Shown piece after piece: positions 15,194 through 27,336 of a stretch of DNA of 64,000 nt. Positions within the stretch are counted from its first letter, which is position 1; each line of letters starts with the position of its first letter. Source of the DNA: the human T2T-CHM13v2.0 reference genome, Homo sapiens; NCBI RefSeq assembly GCF_009914755.1, contig NC_060944.1, one strand, 5' to 3'. The position numbers were made by a program, and so were the translations under genes. Under the pieces are notes generated by a model. It was not told the DNA's origin. It did no database searches and worked only from the letters and a program-made list of their open reading frames with translations.

Positions 15194-16499
15194 GATGCTG
15201 TTCTAAGTCTGGAGAGTCTGCTGCTGCTCCAGTCTGAACCACACACACTTGCCCTCCTTCCCAGGTGAGAAGCTGGCCCTAGCTGCAGGGCTGGCTGAAG
15301 AATGGAGAGAGATTTGATTTGTCAGGTTCATGTCAGATGTTGACAAAGTCATCTCTCCTTCTTGTTCACATGAGGTCCATTGTATTTCCAGCCTCCTCAC
15401 CCTGTGGAAGTCCTGCCTGTCCCAGAGCAGGTTTTGCAGGAACTTACCACACAACTCAGCCCTTCATCAAATTTCAGCACCTGGACAGGTTGCTCTCCCT
15501 CTCAAGGCTAATTCAACAGAACTGTTGTCCCTACCATCAGTCAGATTTCAGGTCCTCCAAGGTCCAGTGAGCTTGCTCTGAGAACAGACTGTCTCTGCAG
15601 GGCTGCAGGCAAGAAGTGAGGTGAGCTGTCTTTTCCAGTGAGAGTCACCTGCCTGGGTTCCCCGAGTCGGCCAACACCAGCTCTAGACGACGTAGCGTGG
15701 GTCACTTATCTGCCTCCACCTACCCGGAGATGTGCTGGGAAGCACAGTGACCCAGCCACCATGTCAGTTCTCTTTCCTCAAAACAGTGCTGACCACAGCT
15801 GGCTCCACAGAACAGATATCCATTGAGATGCTCTGAGGGATGTGTGGAGGGTTTCGGAAAATACACTCTCTCGGGGCTTGGAGGTCTGGCACCCACTCTA
15901 GCATGGCTGTGGCTCCAAGGAGAGCCTGGCCTTGCCTGGGAACCTCTGCCATGTCACCCTCTTCCCTGGCACTCCATGAAAGATGCAGCTCTCACAGCTC
16001 CCAGATGTTCTCTCAGCAGGAGCTATACAGGTTAGCAGGAGGCAGGAGGCCCAGACTCCTGGACAAGTGTAGGCAGCTCTCTCGGTGGGCTGCTGGGGAA
16101 ACCCTGCTGGCTGGTGGAAAAGAGTTAAACCTTTAGGACAGAATTACATCCCTTAGATAACCCAATTCTCCCCAGCTTGCAGGGCTGCTCAAGTCAACAA
16201 GCTCTCCATACTCAGTGAGCCAAGGATGCCAGATGGCAGGCTGCGGGCACTGATGGGCCAGAGGACCAAGTCAGTGTTACGTGGAGAATGAAAACAGGGA
16301 GAATGAATGACAGAGCATGACCGGGCGGGCTGAGGTAAGGCCCAGGAAGGCCCATTTCCACAAAGAGCCACACGGCAAGAAGAAGCCAGCCTGGTGGGGA
16401 AAGCAGCCTGTGCAAAAGCTTGGTTTGTCCAAATAAAGAGAAGGAGAATGACACGGCTGCAGTCTTGTGAGCCATGGCAGAGGGAATTAGAGCAGCCAC

Positions 16500-16930
16500 A
16501 GCGGGCAGTAAGAGGCCAGGAAAGGGAGGTCAGGACTTCTATCAGTGTTGTGGAGCAAGGCTGCTGGGTCTGAATCAGGAACATGAAATCATCTGACTGG
16601 TGGTTTTCAAAGAAAGAGCTTGCTGCCTGCCTGCGGGGAAGGACTGCAGGAGGAGGATGCTGGATGCAAGTAGGGAGGCTTTGCAGCAGGACAATCCAGG
16701 GTGACGGCGTGAGGTATGAGGGTCAGAGTTGAGATGGAGTCAGTCTGCAGACTTGGCATGGAAGGCGAGAACTCACAGAGAGAGCACGTGTGCTGTATGT
16801 GTCACGCAGGATGGCAACCGCTCCCAGACGGGCACTGATGGAAACAGTGAATCAGAGAAAGGGCTGAAACAGTGCCCTGAAGCCTGGCCAGGCAGGGTCA
16901 CTGGGAGCACCCTGGTGGGGTGTGCAATTG
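16500..16930 (-). mobile_element. Degenerate L2 fragment
   Basis: Antisense L2-like phrases (GAACATGAAATCATCTGA, AGTAGGGAGGCTTTGCAGCA...ATCCAGG). Confidence 0.45.
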
Positions 16931-18749
16931 TATGGTTCATTTGCCCAACACGGCACAATGCACAACAGAGAAAATCAAATCAAACTCCAGACAAGAACAC
17001 TTTGCTTAAGAAAGCAGATGTGAGAAATGTGCCACTTGTTTGTGAAAGTTTTTCATCAAAACAGCTCTCACAGAGATGGGGGGGTTTGATTTAAATGAGA
17101 AATGTGCTTATAAAAAACAGATCTTTGGTGAGTAATGAATAGCTATTATCTTATCTATTTAATTATGTATTTAAACGACATATGAAATTTATTATATTTT
17201 CCTAAACAACTTTGAATTATGTTTTTGATTATCTGAAGTGCAACAAAGTTCATCTGCAATGATTCAGCTGTTTATTCATTCTAATATATGGCCACCTACT
17301 ACACTGTCTGGCACCTATCGAGAGTTTAACAGATGTTTAATTAATAAGTAAGCATCAGTTGGTGAATAGCAGTGCTATTCCAAGATCTTGAGGAAATATT
17401 AGAATCTATAAGATGTGGCTCTTCCTGGACAATCAGGCTGAACTCAGCAATTCTGCCACTTCTCAGAGGCCAAAACCACTCCATGAGAAGGCTCCCTATC
17501 AGAGCCAAATCACCTCTGGGCAGAGCCAAGATAAATCCAGTGCAATCTACATGAAGTTGTCTGTTTAGACCACACAGATCTGCACAATCTTCCCTACAGG
17601 GCCCTGGTGACATCTGCTGAAATGAATGAAGCAGTCGAATCAAGGGCACCATGCTTCACAGTCACGTTTCTCATCTTTTCGCTGCATGGACTGTTCTGCG
17701 GGGACGTGGCGGGTCTCGGGGCTGGGCAGTCTCAGAGGGTCAGGATCTGAGCGCACTATGGATCCGGGGAGAGGGAAGGGTTAAGAATCAGTGAGGAAGG
17801 GGCTGGGCAAGGACATTCTACCCACCCCCCACCCCCCGCCAAAAAAAAAAAAAAAAAACAACTCACAGGAGGCAAATCTTTGGTGTGTATTTGCAAATGC
17901 CAAAGAGAAACATAAAAGAATGGTTTTCCTATGGAACACTGAAGAAAAATGTCGATCCTGATCTTTCCTCTGTCTCCTGCTTGCCCCCTGCCCTACGAGG
18001 CCAAGCAGCCAAGCAAGTGGTCAACAGGTGGCCTCTCCGAGCAGAACCGTTTCAGATGTTTAAGAGAAATGACATTTTAGGAGTGGAGCAATGAGCTCAA
18101 CTTTCTGTGACAAACTTCAGGGGTACTTGTTTAAAAGCATGTTATTTGTGCTTCACCCACAAAGGTTCCAATTTGGAAGAGCTGAACTGGGCCCAGGAAT
18201 GTATATCCTTTGTGTGTCCAGGAGGAGGTGTGGGTGGAGATAAGCAGCTCCTTGACCACACTTCAAGCAACAACTGGGGTGTGATTCTGAGGCATGTCTT
18301 CTCCTCCTCCATTGACTTTCTCCTCTCCAAAGGGTTATCACTGGTGTGACCAGCTCCTCCAGAGGTACCTAAGGTGATCTCATAGCAAAGACCCACGCCC
18401 TGGACCCATCCTGCTAGTGATGAATCTGAAGGTTCTGAAGGTTCTGTGCATAACCATGTGGAGCCTGAGTGCACAGGGGCCCAGAGCTATCCTGATTTCT
18501 AATCTGGAGCTCTTTTGTCTCTACCAAACTGCTTCTTTATTGAAACTTTACATCCTGAGGGGTTCACTGAATAACAGCGACCCCAAGGCACCTAGAAACA
18601 AGCAATGTCATGTTTCTGTACTTGGATTAGAAAACAGGAAGGGAAGGCAGGAGAGTGTGTGGTGTATCTTAGAAAAACTTTTTAAACGTGATACAATCTG
18701 AGGAAAATTTGCATTGATGCCAGTAGAGGGCTAGATAGCTTTAAAATTG

Positions 18750-19045
18750 ATCATTTAAATGTATTGACATAGAAACGTATTCACAATATACTTTAAATGG
18801 AAAGCTGTGTTAGGGTCAAGTCTTACAATGCGATTCCACGGTTGCACTGCCACACACACACACTTACATATGTGCCCAGAAAAGCATTGGAAGTAAACCA
18901 CGTCCTCCTGTTAATAGCAATTGTTTCTGGGTGGTGGAGTTTAGGGGAACTGATGCACTTTTTTCTTTGGTTTTGCCCATCTGTACTGTAACTTTCCCCG
19001 AACAAATGTGCATCACTTGTGTCATAATTTACTTTTTTTAAATAC
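18750..19045 (+). mobile_element. Old L1ME/L1MC-type 3' end
   Basis: ATGTATTGACATAGAAAC...CTGTTAATAGCAATTGTTTCTGGGTGGTGG...ATGTGCATCACTTGTGTCAT. Confidence 0.55.
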
Positions 19046-19829
19046 ATGGAAACAACCACAGTCTGTATTTATTCTCTGGTTAAAGTGCTAAGCCTTGTAA
19101 TCTAGAATATTCATCTGTCCGAGACTGTACCCTGGGACTCATCTCACAATGAGACATTTGGCCTCCTCCCCAACTCAGTTTCAGAATTCATCTGCTGGAT
19201 TTCTGAGTCCCACTGAGTGATTAATGTCACACGGGTGACAAGGCATGACTCATAGGCACCAAGAAAGCAGCAGCAGTGTGTGCAGGCCGGGAAGTTGCCA
19301 CAGCCCTCACTCAGGGCTTCATGCACGCCAGGGCAGTCCTGGGTCAATGGTCTCTTTCCCCTCCTCCTGTTGGATAGATGAAGAGGCCTGAGCAGGAAGG
19401 TGGTGGTTCCGTGGGGAATCTTCAGTGACTGGAGTATGTTGTAAGGATGGTGAATCGTCACTTGGCCAGCCAGGGTTTGGCAGTCAAGACAGAGAGCAGT
19501 GTCTGGGCCCACAGCATGAGAGACTGCTGGACTTCAGTCTTCGGAGCAGGCAAGAACGGGGAGCTTCTGTGGATTTCTATTCCTGTCGCCTGTCACTGTG
19601 AACAGTGCCCAGTACTGCTGGTCAGTAAATGTTTGCTAAAATACTGAGCAACCAAGGAAGTGACTTCAGTTGAACTCTGTACCTGTTGTGTTCACTTCCT
19701 TTGCAACATGCGTGACTAATGGTTACTCCTTCTCTTGAATGCTTCCAGAAGAGTAGCACTCACCACCTCATGAGGAAAGGCACTGCAACTTTGGTCAATG
19801 ATATCTGTTAGAAAGATCTTTTCCTATAT

Positions 19830-19962
19830 TTAGAAGAGTGATTCTCATACCTGAGCATGTATGAGAATCAGTGGGTTTGAGGTGGGCCCAAGAATTTCCC
19901 TTTCTAACAAGTTCCCAGAAGATGCTGATGTGGCAGCTTCTAGCACAGTGCTTGGAAATCCA
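19830..19962. mobile_element. MER5A (hAT-Charlie MITE) fragment
   Basis: GTTTGAGGTGGGCCCAAGAATTTCCCTTTCTAACAAGTTCCCAGAAGATGCTGATG matches the MER5A core. Confidence 0.75.
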
Positions 19963-20063
19963 TGAGTTTTCAAGAGGACAATCTAAAGTGTTCCTTTGTT
20001 TTCCTTTACTTCCCCTCATTCTCAAATCCTATGGGGATGACACAGAGAACCACAAACAAAACA

Positions 20064-20095
<32 letters not shown>

Positions 20096-20100
20096 ACACA
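20064..20100. repeat. (CA)n microsatellite
   Basis: Read directly from the sequence. Confidence 0.95.
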
Positions 20101-22889
20101 GAGCACCCTTGTCCCTAGCTTTATCCTCTGGGATACACAGGACAAGCTCCTCCCTGTTCTATGTGCAACTTTTAAAATATGTGCAACTTTTAAAATACGT
20201 GGATGTGGCTTTCACATCTTCTTAGTCCCTCTTTAGCAGATTTTTTACAAAACAAATAAGCCAGGAAACCATGGTCTGAAAGGATTCCTGCTCTGGTGAG
20301 ATCCAAGACCCACAGCGAGGGCGAAGACAGAGGTCTTGCTGCAGCCCCGGCTTCCTCCACATGGAGGTCCCAGGAAGACGGCATAAGCCATTGCCTCGAT
20401 AATAACCTGCTTGCTAACTTCCAGCCAGTGCTTCCACATTTTCATGACTTCCAAAGGTTCAGATGAGGATGGTAGTTGTGAGTTTGGGATGAAGTCTTCT
20501 GAGCGACTCCTATGGCCCAGCCACAGGGACCTGGGGCTGGAGAGAGAGGACCATCCCAGGCTGCAGCAGCCAACACCTGTGTGGAGGTGCAGGCCCGTGG
20601 CCCCCAGCTGTGGTGGACACAGCTGTGCTTCCTGATAGCACCCTTCCCTGCACCTACACCGTGACATCCTCCTCCTCAGCCTGAGTGCAGGCACCACCTG
20701 AAAGGTATTTGGGGGAGGGCACCAGTGTCCCCAAGGTAGGAGCTAGTGCATATGGCCTCGTCCTTCAGAGGGACAATTCTGAGAGGCAATCTGCATGCTT
20801 TCAAAGGCCCAGAAACACACCCTGTGTTGCCTCCTCCCTGTCTGACTCTTCCTCTTCCTCCTGCTCCCTGGGACCAGCTCCCAAACAAACTCAATTTCTT
20901 CTCTCAGTCGAAGTTTGCTAAGTGAGTGAAGAGTCAAATAAATGATGTTGCTTAACTCTCCCTCTGATGTGTGAATGTCCTCTAGGAACAAGCCTTTTGT
21001 AGGAGAACTGTAGGCCAGGGCTGAGTGCACCTGGGATGCAGGATCTCCAGGGGGGACCTATCACTTGTGCGAATTTAAACCTGCTCAGAGCTTAGGGCCC
21101 GGCTCTGCTCAAGATGGGCAGAAATAAAGAAGACTAAACATTTACATCTCAAGAGTTTATTTACCCTGGCCTGACTCTTCAAAAAATGCCATTGCTGCTA
21201 CCCTGAGGATTAACCATGGCCATTTTTAGACCAGGTGCCATCCTGCCTTTAGCCTCGGGTCACCCCTCTGACTCACTGCCAGGAAACGGAGCCTAGACCC
21301 TGATGTGTGGTGAGAATTGGCCTGGTTTTCACCTGAGATCCACACTTGAGAAAGCTGATTGAACTCACAGCGTGCCATCCTGCCTAAGATCCTCTTCAGA
21401 GATTCTATTTCCCAGAGGGAGGGGATCACTTTCCGCAGTGGGGTTTCTATCTGGGACATTTCTCTTCATCTGTAGGAACCCTATTTAAAGGCTAGAAAAT
21501 CTGAGGGAGAAGTGGAAAGAAGAAAGCTGTGTAGCTGTGACGATGGCCTGGGACATGGATTCCCAAAGCCTGACCCTCCGCTGTGCCCCCTGCTCCCCAG
21601 CAGGCATGGTTAGCCTGTCATGGAACCCTGCACCTGAGCCTGGGCGAGCTCCAGATTCCTCAGCACACAGAGCTCCAAGCTCCTCCTGCCAGGCCGCCAG
21701 GGCTGGCTCCCGAGAGAATGCACAAGCCTTTTGTGGTGTCTGAGAAAACACAGCTGAATCTACTAGGCAAGGGGTTGTATAGGGCACCTCGGGAAGAAGT
21801 CGCACAGGTGCCCCCAGAGATCTCAGGGGCAGGGAGGGGCTCACCCATAAGGGAAGGGGAGGACTCAGAAGGCTTTGAGGAAGAGGCAGCTCCTAAAATG
21901 GGTGAGGGCAGAGTGTGCCCTGAGGCCCACAGCAGGCAAGCAGGTGACTGGAGAAGCAGCTAGGTCTGGTGCCTGTGTGCCAGGCTTGTATGCCAGGGCT
22001 GGGCTGCATGGGATGCACAATGCTACTGGGCCAGCACCATCAGCAGTGTACTGCCCCTCACACCCAGGGCAGGCCTTGAAGCTAAGAGAGGGATGGGGCA
22101 GTGCCCATTGTTCTCCTGCCACTGGAGTGTGACCTTCTGGTGCCATGACAGCCAGTGGGTGGCAGGTGCCTGCCCCTCTTCCCATAGGCTGCCCCAGGAG
22201 GAAGAGGGGCCCGTTCCTGTGAGTAGAGCACAGTGAAACCACTCTCTTTTCTGCACAGTGCAAGAGACATCCTTCACGGGGTGCAGAGAAGCTGCTGCCC
22301 TTTCCTCCCCGTCAGGCCAGAGTCTTCCCTACTCCCTGCTGGGCCCAGGGAGGACAGAGGCAGCCCTGAAGCTTCCTGTGGCTCAACTCTTGAAGGCTGC
22401 TCAGTTAGAGAAAAAGGATGGTGCTGACCATGGAGGAATCTCACACACACTCCAGGCACCCTGCCTCTGCCTTGCTCTCTGCAGTGGCCACTGAGAACTC
22501 TTAGGAATTGACCCTTGCTTCTTAGGCACTGGGCATGAGAGAGGGCCCTCCCTTGCTGTGGGGGCCTCCCAAGACCAGGGAGGCTGGGCCTCTGGAGGTC
22601 TCCCCTGAAACTCCTTACCCAGTGGGATCATGCCCTGGGCCTTTGTGCCTGCCGGAATCCTGGTGGGTGGAGGAAATCCGTTACCCTCATGAGAGCTACC
22701 TGCCTAGACCCCTGCTGACCTGACCTCACCTTTTGTTTGACCCAGGAACTTACCCGCCCCTTGCTGGGGGTTGGAACTGTCACATGTCCTAAGCCAGCAT
22801 GAACAGGCAGGATAGTTAGGCTGACTGTGATTGTGCTGGCCATGATGCTCGACTTGGCCCTAGGCTTGACTTTGTTTCATCTGTAATAG

Positions 22890-23384
22890 TCTCCATTTTT
22901 TCTTGCTGTAAAGTAAGCCACCTCAAAACTTAGTGGCTTAAAACAGCAGTTTATTCTTCTTCCCTACCATGGGTTGAGTGTGTGGTCCTTCTGCTGTGCT
23001 TGATGTGACTGTGTGGCGTCGTCACAGGGGGGCTTAAATGGGGTGAGACACCAAGCATGGCTCATTCAGAGGCCCAGTGCTTTGGGGAACGGCCAGGAGG
23101 CTGCGCTCAGCCAGGACCCTCAGCGTCATCTCAGGGTCTCTGCCTCTCTTCGTGGCCTCTCCATGTGGACTTTTTAATTACATGGCAGCTCAGCACTCCC
23201 AGAGCACAAATAGGAGCTCTATCTGTAGGAGGTGGCCAGGCCTTCTACAGCCACAGGCCCAGGTCCCTTCCACCACAGCATGTGGGTCACAGACCTGCCC
23301 TGACTCACACAGTGGAAGGCAACAGGGCAGCATGCACACCGAAAGCCATCACTGGATCCTGTGTTTACAGCATCTCAATTCCAC
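22890..23384 (-). mobile_element. MLT1 (G/H-like) LTR
   Basis: CCACCTCAAAACTTAGTGGCTTAAAACAGCAGTTTATT...GTGGCCTCTCCATGTGG...CATGGCAGCTCAG. Confidence 0.75.
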
Positions 23385-25090
23385 AGCAACACCCGAGTTT
23401 CCATCAAGGAGGCAATGAAGACCCAGCCCGGGCAGCAGGAGGCAGCGGTGTTATCAGGGGCCCACTCGTTCTGAGGGACCATAAAAATACTAGGAAAAGA
23501 TCATTTTTCATCTTGACTACTTAACAATCTTACAGTTTTATTATAGTCTTAAAGCTCCTGGCCAGGGTTTTATCTTTGGGAAGTATCTCTTTATGTGCCA
23601 AGTGCCACCAAACAGCATCTGTTGGTGCCTCCTCCTACAGGAAGCAAGTGCCTCCTCATACAGGAAGCACTGGCATTAGGAACACCCTGTATTTCTCGCC
23701 TGCAGCTGCACTGTGTCACTCACTGATGTCATTCTCCTATCTGAAGGGCTCAGGGTCCACTCTCCAGCCTGACCTGCTGCGAGGTCACTTAGCTAAGACC
23801 AGCTAAAAATAGCAACTGTTGCTCAGAAGCACCGGCTCTGCATCATGGGCTCACCCTGACGCCTATGCCTCCCCGGGGACAGGGCCGCACGATGGAGGAA
23901 GAGCCGACTGAGCCAGCTCCAGCCACCTTCTCCAAGCACAGGACCTTGTGAGCTGTGAGCTGACTAACAGCTTCAGCATCGAGCTTTGGGGGATATTAAT
24001 GCTTAGCTGATAAGCATTAATCATATCCCACTTAAGTAATGGTTGGGCCAATTTCTGTTTTCAATTAAGAATAAAATGTAAGCATTTGGTTCATATATAA
24101 GCAATCTTCAGTGAATGGTAAATTATTATTTTGGGAAAAAAAGTAAAATGGACATGTACTTAGAACTAAACTCAGAGCCTTGGGCAGTGTCTAGGATTTC
24201 TCTTTGGAAGTTGGATTGGGAAGAGGATGTGCCTGGGAGCTTATTGGATCTGAGTGGTGGGAGGAGACTTCCCCAGATCCACCGCACTGCCACAGTCTCT
24301 CTCAAGGCATCTCCAAAGGTGGCATCCCAACCTCAAAGTGACAGAAGAAGAATCATGGGCCATCGGCGGCACTGGTTTTCTAGGTTGTGTTATAATTTTC
24401 ATTTCCCCATAGATGAAAAATGTCAATTGTGTTCATCTTGAAGGCTATGTTAGAATTAGAATGCTATTAAAATTTTCATGGATAATCTTAAAAAAATGCA
24501 ATGATGAACATAACTACCTCCTAGAAATTGTGTTTCTTTCTTCCTTTAAAGTGAAAAAAAATATTACCTGTTGCTACCCTGTTCACCATTAGCCTTCAAC
24601 GTGAATGGTGCAAAGCATTTTCAGTGTTAAGGCGGTTAAAATGGTCTTTTAGGAACAGCTTAGACATTAGCAGAATGCCTTCCTTATTCTATCACCGTAT
24701 TAGGAGAAACAAGCAGAGCCCCCACCCCAAGCCTGTATTCTGTCCACTCCCAGTAGGTATCAGACAGAAATCTGCGAAGCCCCTCAGTGCTTTAGGTGAA
24801 TCGGTGCTGACATCAGCTCTGAACTTTCCTTCTTCCACCCAGGTCTGACAGAGGACAGGTGAGCAAATCTCCTCAAAGCAAGTCAGACAGAGCCTGGCAC
24901 CGCAAGATCAGGGGAGAGGTCTTCAGAAACAGCAGGCTGACATTCTCCCCTTCCCAGAGGAGAAAAAGGCCCTCTAACTGAGAAACAGTTTCACCATCAG
25001 TGGACAGCTCTCCCATGCTCAGCCCATGCCCTGAGAGGCCAGAACCCCAGTGCAGGCCACGCACCCACATCCACTCCTCATGTTAGAGGT

Positions 25091-25466
25091 TGTGTGCGAC
25101 TGCTAGGGCTGCTGGGTAGACTGTGTGGCTTCAACTACAGGCCTTGATTTCCTCACAATTCTGGAGGCCAGAAGTCTGAGATCCAGGTGCCAGCAGGGTG
25201 GGTTTCTTCTGAGGCCTCCCTCCTCAGCTTGCCAACGTCCATCTTCTCTCTGTGTCCTCACAGGGCCCTTCCTGTGTGTCTGGATCCTAATCTCCTCTTA
25301 TTGTTAAAGATACCACTGAGATTGGATTAAGACCCAGCCCAATGACCTCATTTTACCTTAGTCACCACTCTAAAGGCCCTATCTACAATACAGTCCCATT
25401 CTGAGGTACCAGGAGTCAAGGCTTCAACACAGGAATTTTAGGGGAGACAGAATTTAGTCTCTAACA
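25091..25466 (-). mobile_element. MLT1A-type LTR
   Basis: CTCACAATTCTGGAGGCCAGAAGTCTGAGATCCAGGTG...ATTCTGAGGTACCAGG...TAACA. Confidence 0.88.
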
Positions 25467-25866
25467 GAGGTCATCTCATTTAAACCCTTGGACTTGAAAG
25501 TGTACTCCTCATCTGAACTGCTGCAGGTAAGGATGGGAATTAAGAGACCCAAGGAGGAGTGACTGTTGTATCAGGACAAGCTTGCTGAATTGAAATGAAA
25601 AACAGAAATCTGTCCATTGTGCCAGTCCCATTCCCTCTGGACTCAGCTCTAACAAGGTTTGGAAGGCCAAACTCCCAGATGCTGAAAGACAATGAAGTTT
25701 AAAAACAAGTCCATTGGTGGCATCCAGATCAGAGTTTCCAATCAGATACCTGGTCCTCTACGATTTTCACACCCAGCAGGGAGGAGAGCAGGCAGCCCTT
25801 TCTTTCCACACTCCCTGCCCACTTCACAACAATAGTTGGGAATGTGTTTCTGTGAAAGAAGTTCAC

Positions 25867-25987
25867 AGCCAGCCACAGTGGCTCATGTTTGTAACCTTGC
25901 ACTTTAGAAGGCGAGGCAGAAGGGTTGCTTGAGCCCAGGAGTTCCAGGTTACAGTGAGCTATGATTGCGCCACTGCACTCCAGCCTG
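25867..25987 (+). mobile_element. Alu monomer (FAM/FRAM-like)
   Basis: CAGTGGCTCATG...TTGCTTGAGCCCAGGAGTTCCAGGTTACAGTGAGCTATGATTGCGCCACTGCACTCCAGCCTG; a single arm. Confidence 0.8.
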
Positions 25988-25992
25988 TTTCT

Positions 25993-26011
25993 GAAAGAGA
26001 GAAAGAGAGAA

Positions 26012-26070
<59 letters not shown>

Positions 26071-26079
26071 GAGAGAAAA

Positions 26080-26137
<58 letters not shown>

Positions 26138-26286
26138 AAAAGAAAGAAAGCAAAAGAAAGAGAGACAGAGAGAGAGAAAGAAAGAAAGAAGGGAGGGAGG
26201 GAGGGAGAAAGGGAGGGAGGGAAGGAGGATGGAAGGAAGGAAGGAAGGAAAGAAAAAGAAAGAAAGAAAAAAAGAGAAAAAGAAGG
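25993..26286. repeat. (AAAG)n/(GGAA)n/(GA)n polypurine tract, part 1
   Basis: About 290 bp of almost only A and G, following the Alu monomer. Confidence 0.97.
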
Positions 26287-26732
26287 TGTTAGATAAAGCT
26301 AGGTTCTTCTTCAGTTTGTCCAGTTCCCCTGTTCTTTATTCTCTAAATTCGGAGTAACCCGCCACCTCCCCCTGCCCCGGCTTTTGCTGTGCAGTAACCT
26401 GTCTAAACATGCCTAGACATGAGAAGCCCCAGTCCACATTCCTTCCCTTATGTGGGAATAGGTTAGCTTTCTAGTCCCCCCTCAGATGACCCTTTCCTCC
26501 TCTTCCTGGCTCTTCTATCACGTGCCTACCTTATCTAAGAAAGTTTGAATGTTTAGCCAATCAGGACTAGTTTAGATTGTGTGGTCCAACCCCAGTCAAT
26601 GGGGGAAAGACACAGAGGTAGAATCTGCGTTAGGAATAAAAACCGCTACTCTCCGTTGTTCTGTGTGCTTTTGCAGTCATGATTGATGCAGGCAGCACCC
26701 TTCTGCAGAAGTAAATTTTGCCCTGCAGCACA
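26287..26732 (+). mobile_element. LTR10-family (HERV-I) solo LTR, 3' end truncated or deleted
   Basis: Starts TGTTAGAT. Contains GTTTAGCCAATCAGGACTAGTTTAGATTGTGTGGTCCAACCCCAG and GCACCCTTCTGCAGAAGTAAATTTTGCC, characteristic of LTR10. Confidence 0.8.
26395..26424. promoter_or_regulatory. Putative p53 response element (three tandem decamers, the middle one perfect)
   Basis: TAACCTGTCT-AAACATGCCT-AGACATGAGA compared with RRRCWWGYYY, inside an LTR10-type LTR. Confidence 0.45.
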
Positions 26733-27247
26733 AAAGAGGAAGGAAAGCAAGGGAAGGGAAGGGGAGGGGAGGAAGGGAAGGGGAGGGGAGGAAGGCGAGG
26801 TGAGGGGAGGAGAGGTGAGGGGAGGGGGGGAGGGGAGGGGAGGGAGAGTGAGGAAGAGAGAGAGAAAGGGAGAGAGGAAGGAAAGAAGAAAGGAAGGAAG
26901 GAAAGAAGGAAGGAAGGGAGGGAGGGAGGGAGGAAAGAAGGAAGGAAAGGAGGGAGGAAGGGAGGGAAAGAGAGAGAGAGGAAAAGAGAGAGAAAGAGAA
27001 AGAGAGAAAGAGAGGAAGGAAGGAAGGAAGGAGAGAGAGAAAGAAAGAAGGAAAGAGGAAGGAAGGAAGAAAGAAAAGAAAGAAAGAAAAAAGAAAGAAA
27101 GGAAGGAGAGAAAGAAATGAAAGAGAAAGAAAGAAAGAAAGAAAGAAAGAAAGGAGAGAAAAAGGAAAAACAAAGAAAGAGAAAAGAAGGAGAGAAGGAA
27201 AGGAAAAAGAAAGAAAGAAGGAAAGAAAGAAAAAAGAAGGAAAGAAA

Positions 27248-27304
<57 letters not shown>

Positions 27305-27336
27305 AAAAGAAAGAGAAAGGAAGGAAGGAAGGAAGG
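26733..27336. repeat. Polypurine tract, part 2 (GGGA/GGAA/AAAG)
   Basis: About 600 bp of A and G with very few pyrimidines. Confidence 0.97.

Noticed and set aside
20160-20200. 18-bp tandem duplication TATGTGCAACTTTTAAAA
   Set aside because: It is real but an ordinary slippage duplication with no further signal.
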